Shown one piece after another: positions 59,305-64,000 of a stretch of DNA of 64,000 nucleotides. Source of the DNA: Cyanobacteriota bacterium (GTDB lineage: Bacteria; Cyanobacteriota; Vampirovibrionia; JBFMGH01); assembly GCA_040752795.1 (NCBI GenBank), contig JBFMGH010000608.1:110325-174324 (forward strand), given 5' to 3'. A model generated the notes under the pieces. It worked only from the letters and a program-made list of their open reading frames with translations, was not told the DNA's origin and ran no database searches. Made by a program: the position numbers and the translations under genes. Position 1 is the first letter of the stretch. Every line of letters starts with the position of its first letter.

Positions 59305-60410
59305 TACTCCTCTTCCTCGTAGTATTCTTCTTCTAAGACGTATGCTTCATCGTTCTCGATCTGACTTAAACTCTTGATATCTAGTTTCCAGGAGGTTAGT
59401 TTAACTGCAAGTCTTACGTTTTGTCCTTCTCTTCCAATGGCTAAACTCAGTTGGTCATCAGGTACAACTACAAGAGCTTGAAGGTTTTCAGGGTCGTCGT
59501 TTAATATTTCAACAGAGATTATTTTAGCAGGAGACAAAGCATTGATAATATATTCAACAGGATCAGGCGAGTATCTGATAATGTCTATTTTTTCATTTTT
59601 TAGTTCATTAACGATAGCTTGAATCCGGCTGCCTCTTGGGCCGATGCAGGCTCCAACCGGATCAACTTCAGGGTCGTTGCTTGCAACGCTTATTTTAGTT
59701 CTGTAACCTGCTTCTCTTGCTATAGATTTAATTTCAACTATAGTATCTTCGATTTCTGGTACCTCGAGTTCAAATAATTCCTGAACTATCATAGGGTGAA
59801 CTTGAGAAATAATAACACGCGGCAGTCTTGATGTTTCTGTAACATCAAGTACATAGACTCTAAGCCTGTTACCAACTCTATAATATTCACCTGGTATTTG
59901 TTCTTTAGGAGGTAATAGAGCCTCTGTTCTTCCTATGCTGACTATGACATTTCTACCTTCCATTCTTTGTATAATGCCTGTAGTCATAGTTCCTTTTTTA
60001 TCAAGGAATTCTTCGAGAATAAGTCTACGTTCAGCTTCTCTTATTCTTTGTGTAATGACCTGTTTAGCTGCTTGTGCTGCGATTCTTCCGAAATCTTCCG
60101 GGGTAACTTCTTCAGTAATGATGCTTCCTACTTGAGAATTTTCATCAATATCTCTTGCATCTTCAATAGAAATTTCTGTTTGATCATTGGTAACATGTTC
60201 AACAACAATCTTTTCAGAGTAAATACCAATCTCTCCTGTTTGTTCTTCAACTTTGGCGTAAATTCCGGTGGTATCGTGAAGTTTGCTATATTTTCGATAT
60301 GCAGCCATCATGGCATCACAAAGTGAGTCTAAAACAACTTGTTTAGGAATACCACGTTCTCTTTCAAGTTGGTCTGTTGCATCCATTAAGGCTGAACCAA
60401 TTTTAATCAC
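59301..60410 (-). CDS. nusA: Transcription termination/antitermination factor NusA (S1 plus two KH domains), with an acidic C-terminus
   Basis: [26 protein letters not shown]... N-terminal domain, S1, KH1/KH2. Confidence 0.95.
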   Translation of the reverse strand: MIKIGSALMDATDQLERERGIPKQVVLDSLCDAMMAAYRKYSKLHDTTGIYAKVEEQTGEIGIYSEKIVVEHVTNDQTEISIEDARDIDENSQVGSIITEEVTPEDFGRIAAQAAKQVITQRIREAERRLILEEFLDKKGTMTTGIIQRMEGRNVIVSIGRTEALLPPKEQIPGEYYRVGNRLRVYVLDVTETSRLPRVIISQVHPMIVQELFELEVPEIEDTIVEIKSIAREAGYRTKISVASNDPEVDPVGACIGPRGSRIQAIVNELKNEKIDIIRYSPDPVEYIINALSPAKIISVEILNDDPENLQALVVVPDDQLSLAIGREGQNVRLAVKLTSWKLDIKSLSQIENDEAYVLEEEYYEEEEY

Positions 60411-60429
60411 TATCTTTTCTCCTTATAGC

Positions 60430-60939
60430 TTATTCATCTAGCTGAATAGTTTTAATGTCGCTTAAATTAATGACTTTTGTTGCTTCTTCCACCTTTATAA
60501 TAGCACTTTCCATATCCTCAGTTAGTCCGATGAGTTCGCCCGTAAAAACATTATTTTTTTCTTCAGGTTTTTTAAGTATGACTTTGACAGTTTTCCCTTT
60601 AAAGACGTCAAATTCTACAGGATTTTTAAGTTTTCTATTTATGCCCGGGCTACTTATTTCTAGTGCGTATGGCACAGGAATCAGGTCTGTTTCATCTATA
60701 ATGCAGCTTAAAGATCTTGTAAGGTCAGAACATTCACCATGTGTTATAGGTTTTTTCTCACTATAAATGAAAATTCGTAAAAAGTATTTGCCGTGTTCTC
60801 TGTTAAAGCTAACTTCTAATACGGTTAGTCCGAGCTTTTCAGCTGTCTCTTCTACTATAGGAATCAGTGTATCAAGTATTTTAGCTTTATTGACAGATAC
60901 GTTAACTTTATTAATTTTTTTATTAAATGGTTTAGTCAT
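60430..60939 (-). CDS. rimP: Ribosome maturation factor RimP
   Basis: LEVSFNREHGKYFLRIFI...LEISSPGINR. Confidence 0.85.
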   Translation of the reverse strand: MTKPFNKKINKVNVSVNKAKILDTLIPIVEETAEKLGLTVLEVSFNREHGKYFLRIFIYSEKKPITHGECSDLTRSLSCIIDETDLIPVPYALEISSPGINRKLKNPVEFDVFKGKTVKVILKKPEEKNNVFTGELIGLTEDMESAIIKVEEATKVINLSDIKTIQLDE

Positions 60940-60948
60940 TTCTATTAT

Positions 60949-60980
60949 TTAAACAAAAAAGTGGGTAAAATAACCCACTT
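60949..60980 (-). promoter_or_regulatory. Terminator-like hairpin with a U-tract in the rimP-nusA-infB leader; candidate transcription attenuator
   Basis: Minus strand reads AAGUGGGU-UAUUUU-ACCCACUU followed by UUUUUUGUUU, ending ~19 nt before the rimP ATG. Confidence 0.4.
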
Positions 60981-61185
60981 CCTCTAACGAGAAGCTTCAC
61001 ACATCTTAGCACGTAAAAATCCAAATTACAATAATCTTTTTGCAATTTTGTATTAGCCCTATTTCTGAAACTTTTGTAGTTTTGCAAACATTTTTGTGTG
61101 ACCAAATCAATTTTTTGTAGTATTTATTATTCTAATTATTAAGTTAAACTGTTTTTTAACATAAATTATTTTAATATTTAAGAGC

Positions 61186-63483
61186 TTGACGTTAGTGGAA
61201 AATATAAATAAAGATAAAAATACTCTGGGTAAATATTTAAGCTATTTATCATCTCTGGAAGGTCAAAGATTAATAGTAACTGTAATTGCTGTTATATTGG
61301 TTACCTTTATTCTTTGCAGTCGTTACTTTTCTTTTCAGTCAGTTATTTCTGATAATATAGCAAAACAAGAAATTATTGCCAATAAAACAATTGAGGTAGT
61401 TGATGTTAGGGCTACTGAATTAAAAAGAAAAGAAGCTGCAGCAAAAGTTAAACCTGCTTTTAAACCTGTTGAAGGTGATGTTGATGAAGCAATTGAAAAT
61501 AGACTTCTAAACATTTTCAGGCTTGTTTCTCAGTTGCGTCAGGATATTGTTAAAGATAGTACTAAAGCTTACAAGCTTGATACGCTGGTAAAAACCACAC
61601 CATTGGAAACTCTGGATACTTCAATAGTTGCGTATCTTCTTGTTGAAGCGAGTGATTATAACTGGGAAATTATTCAAAGTGATTGTGATAAAATTCTAAA
61701 AAAAATATTAAAACAGGGTATATCCGGTAAAGAACTGGGAAATAGTAAAGTTAAACTTATAAAGTCCTATTTATCAAGAACTACAACTGAAGAAAATAAG
61801 AAATCTATAATAGTTCTGGTTGATTATACTATTGATAAGCCAAACATTGAGATAGATAATGAACAGACAAACCTTGCTAAAAAAAATGCTATGGAAGCAG
61901 TTGAAGATGTTAAGGTTTATTTTAAAAAAGGTCGTTTAGTAGTAGAAAAAGGTCAAAGTGTTACACCAGTTCAATATGAAGCACTTAAAAAATTAGGGTA
62001 TACAGTGGATAAAATGGACTGGTTACTTATGTTTGGTGTCTTCTGCTTTGTTATAATTGCATTTTATGTAGTATGGTACTATTTGTCTCGTTATGAACCT
62101 AGATATGCTAATTCTCCGAAATATTTAGCTTTACTGGGTACACTTGCAGTAGTTAGTGTTGCTGTTGCCAGAATAATTCCTGATTTTCCCAGAATTTATA
62201 ATGAATCAATGCCTGTCTATATATTGCCTATAGCGGCAGTAACTTTAATAATATCATTCTTTACTAATCCAAGGATATCCTTGTTAGTTACCTCTATGAT
62301 AATGTTTTTAATTACTGTTATTTTCCATTTCCCTATAGAGGATGTATCTGTATTACTAATAGGAATAATTGTAGCGGTTTTTAAGTCTAGTAAAATGACT
62401 TATTATAGAGACACTTACCTTATTGAATGTGGCGTTGCAGTCGGTTTAGCACAGGTTTTAGTTGTATTAAGCAACTTCCTTATTGGTAGTACGATGTACT
62501 TTGATTATGATTTGCAGACACTATTTTATAAATCATTATTTGCCCTGGTAGGTGGCTTCATAACAGGTGCAATTACTATTGCAGCAATGCCTCACCTTGA
62601 AGCACTCTTTAAAATTGTTACGGCACATGGCCTTATGGAACTATCTGATCAAAATCAACCACTCTTAAGGAGATTGCAGTTTGAAGCCCCTGGTACATAC
62701 CACCACAGTCTCATGGTTAGCACACTAGCAGAGGCAGCTGCAGAAGCTATAGGCGCTTCATCTATACTGGTTCGGGTTGGTGCCTTCTATCATGATATAG
62801 GTAAGCTTAAAAGACCTTCTTTCTTTATTGAAAATCAGTCATACTTTGGCTCTGAAAACCCTCATAATAAACTTAACCCAAGATTGAGTAAGATGGTTTT
62901 AACAGCGCATACCAAAGATGGCCTTGAACTATCAAGACAATATCAAATACCAGAAGCAATTCAGAATATTATTGTTGAACACCATGGTGATGGTGTTATG
63001 CTTTATTTTTATATGTCAGCACTTGAATCTGAAGGCCCTGATAAGGTAATTAAAGATCAGTTTAGATATTCTGGGCCTAAACCTTCATCAAAAGAAAGCG
63101 CCATAGTAATGCTAGCAGATGCTACTGAGTCGGCTGTTAGGTCGTTAAATAACCCTAGTATAACTGATATTGAAGAAATGATTAAAAAAATTATTAATGA
63201 AAGAGTTGAAGATGGTCAACTTTCTGATTCACCTTTAACTCTTAAAGACATAAAAGTTATTCAATCTACTTTTATAAGAGTCTTAAGAGGTATGCAGCAT
63301 CACAGAATTGAATATCATGATAATATGTTAGAAGAATTGGGTAAAAAACAATCTGAAAGTGCCAGGCTAAAACAAGATAAAAACTCTGTTCAGCAACAAA
63401 ATCAGCCACAAATTAAAAATAAAGAAATACAAATAAGTAATAAAGAAGAAGATATTGAAAAGAAGGAGAATAAAAATAGGTAG
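61186..63483 (+). CDS. pgpH: 7TM-receptor with intracellular HD phosphohydrolase (7TMR-HDED + 7TM + HD domain; YqfF/PgpH-like c-di-AMP phosphodiesterase candidate)
   Basis: Large extracytoplasmic N-domain, ~7 TM helices, then an HD domain (HHSLMVSTLAEAAAEAIG...FYHDIGK...HHGDG). Immediately followed by ybeY, as in B. subtilis yqfF-ybeY. Confidence 0.75.
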   Translation: MTLVENINKDKNTLGKYLSYLSSLEGQRLIVTVIAVILVTFILCSRYFSFQSVISDNIAKQEIIANKTIEVVDVRATELKRKEAAAKVKPAFKPVEGDVDEAIENRLLNIFRLVSQLRQDIVKDSTKAYKLDTLVKTTPLETLDTSIVAYLLVEASDYNWEIIQSDCDKILKKILKQGISGKELGNSKVKLIKSYLSRTTTEENKKSIIVLVDYTIDKPNIEIDNEQTNLAKKNAMEAVEDVKVYFKKGRLVVEKGQSVTPVQYEALKKLGYTVDKMDWLLMFGVFCFVIIAFYVVWYYLSRYEPRYANSPKYLALLGTLAVVSVAVARIIPDFPRIYNESMPVYILPIAAVTLIISFFTNPRISLLVTSMIMFLITVIFHFPIEDVSVLLIGIIVAVFKSSKMTYYRDTYLIECGVAVGLAQVLVVLSNFLIGSTMYFDYDLQTLFYKSLFALVGGFITGAITIAAMPHLEALFKIVTAHGLMELSDQNQPLLRRLQFEAPGTYHHSLMVSTLAEAAAEAIGASSILVRVGAFYHDIGKLKRPSFFIENQSYFGSENPHNKLNPRLSKMVLTAHTKDGLELSRQYQIPEAIQNIIVEHHGDGVMLYFYMSALESEGPDKVIKDQFRYSGPKPSSKESAIVMLADATESAVRSLNNPSITDIEEMIKKIINERVEDGQLSDSPLTLKDIKVIQSTFIRVLRGMQHHRIEYHDNMLEELGKKQSESARLKQDKNSVQQQNQPQIKNKEIQISNKEEDIEKKENKNR

Positions 63484-63487
63484 TTAG

Positions 63488-63997
63488 ATGAATTTAAATG
63501 TTTCTTATTCCTGTAGTGACAGTATTAATGATAAAATTGAATATACAGAAGAGTTTTTTGAGGTAGTTATTGAAGATATATTCCGTTATATTCTAGATAC
63601 TGACTATGTTAAAAACAACTTAAAGATATATAATTCCTTAATAAGTAACTATGAAGTGGTAGAGTTAAGTTTATATCTTTGTGATAATGAAGAAATAAAA
63701 TATTTGAATTCTAAATATAGGGGTATTGACTCATCTACAGATGTTTTATCATTTCCGATGTCAGCAGAAGAAAATCTAATAGATTTACCAATATTGCACC
63801 TCGGTGAAATAATTATATCTATTGAAAAACTAAGAGAGCAAGCTAAACAAAATAGCCATGATGAAATGCATGAAATGCTATATCTTATATCTCATGGTAT
63901 GTTGCATCTATTAGGTGCTCATCATGAAACAGTAGAAAACTACAATAATGTAGTTGATCTGCAGAATAGAGTTGTGGAATATATCACAAATAGGTAA
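63488..63997 (+). CDS. ybeY: Endoribonuclease YbeY (rRNA maturation factor)
   Basis: H..H.....H zinc motif (HGMLHLLGAHHE). Confidence 0.85.
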   Translation: MNLNVSYSCSDSINDKIEYTEEFFEVVIEDIFRYILDTDYVKNNLKIYNSLISNYEVVELSLYLCDNEEIKYLNSKYRGIDSSTDVLSFPMSAEENLIDLPILHLGEIIISIEKLREQAKQNSHDEMHEMLYLISHGMLHLLGAHHETVENYNNVVDLQNRVVEYITNR

Positions 63998-64000
63998 GTT

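Overview
This is a 64 kb chromosomal window with very low GC content (roughly one third G+C by eye). It is densely packed with housekeeping genes, and a few regions of lower coding density look like accessory or lineage-specific sequence.

Core genes I recognise include:
- a partial smc (N-terminus);
- an RpoD-family sigma factor (short, group-2-like) near a STAS anti-sigma-factor antagonist;
- rpsA (short, cyanobacterial-type S1), maf, an Fe-dependent alcohol dehydrogenase and hpf;
- lysA followed directly by cdaA (diadenylate cyclase), then cobO, uppS and rdgB;
- rel/spoT, trxB, acyP, ruvB, miaB, a DinG-family helicase, hom-thrC and a tRNA-Asn(GUU);
- the complete rimP-nusA-ylxR-infB-rbfA-truB operon;
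- a pgpH-like 7TM-HD phosphohydrolase followed by ybeY.

The lysA-cdaA(-uppS) arrangement, the short S1, the group-2-like sigma factor and the many pentapeptide-repeat proteins suggest a cyanobacteria-related, probably non-photosynthetic lineage such as Melainabacteria/Vampirovibrionia. That is an inference only.

The most unusual content is:
1. a 654-aa, almost entirely low-complexity Q/Y/D/P/E-rich protein built on tandem 45-bp DNA repeats, with a short structured C-terminal domain;
2. a 1299-aa secreted protein made of six ~95-aa 'GxWxG' modules (lipocalin-like guess) interrupted by a lysine/acidic tract containing a ~165-bp tandem duplication;
3. a methyltransferase plus radical-SAM/SPASM two-gene operon, a candidate peptide or cofactor maturation system;
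4. a fused sugar-nucleotidyltransferase/kinase-like protein sitting divergently from a TPR-methyltransferase-unknown operon;
5. a long operon linking an orphan LuxR-type response regulator, two pentapeptide-repeat proteins, acylphosphatase, a secreted protein and trxB;
6. a 35-bp motif repeated in two distant intergenic regions;
7. a CCUCC/C-A-rich element with a 17-bp inverted repeat and a mini-ORF upstream of hpf;
8. a terminator-like attenuator candidate in the rimP-nusA leader.

I found no CRISPR array, rRNA or obvious transposase.
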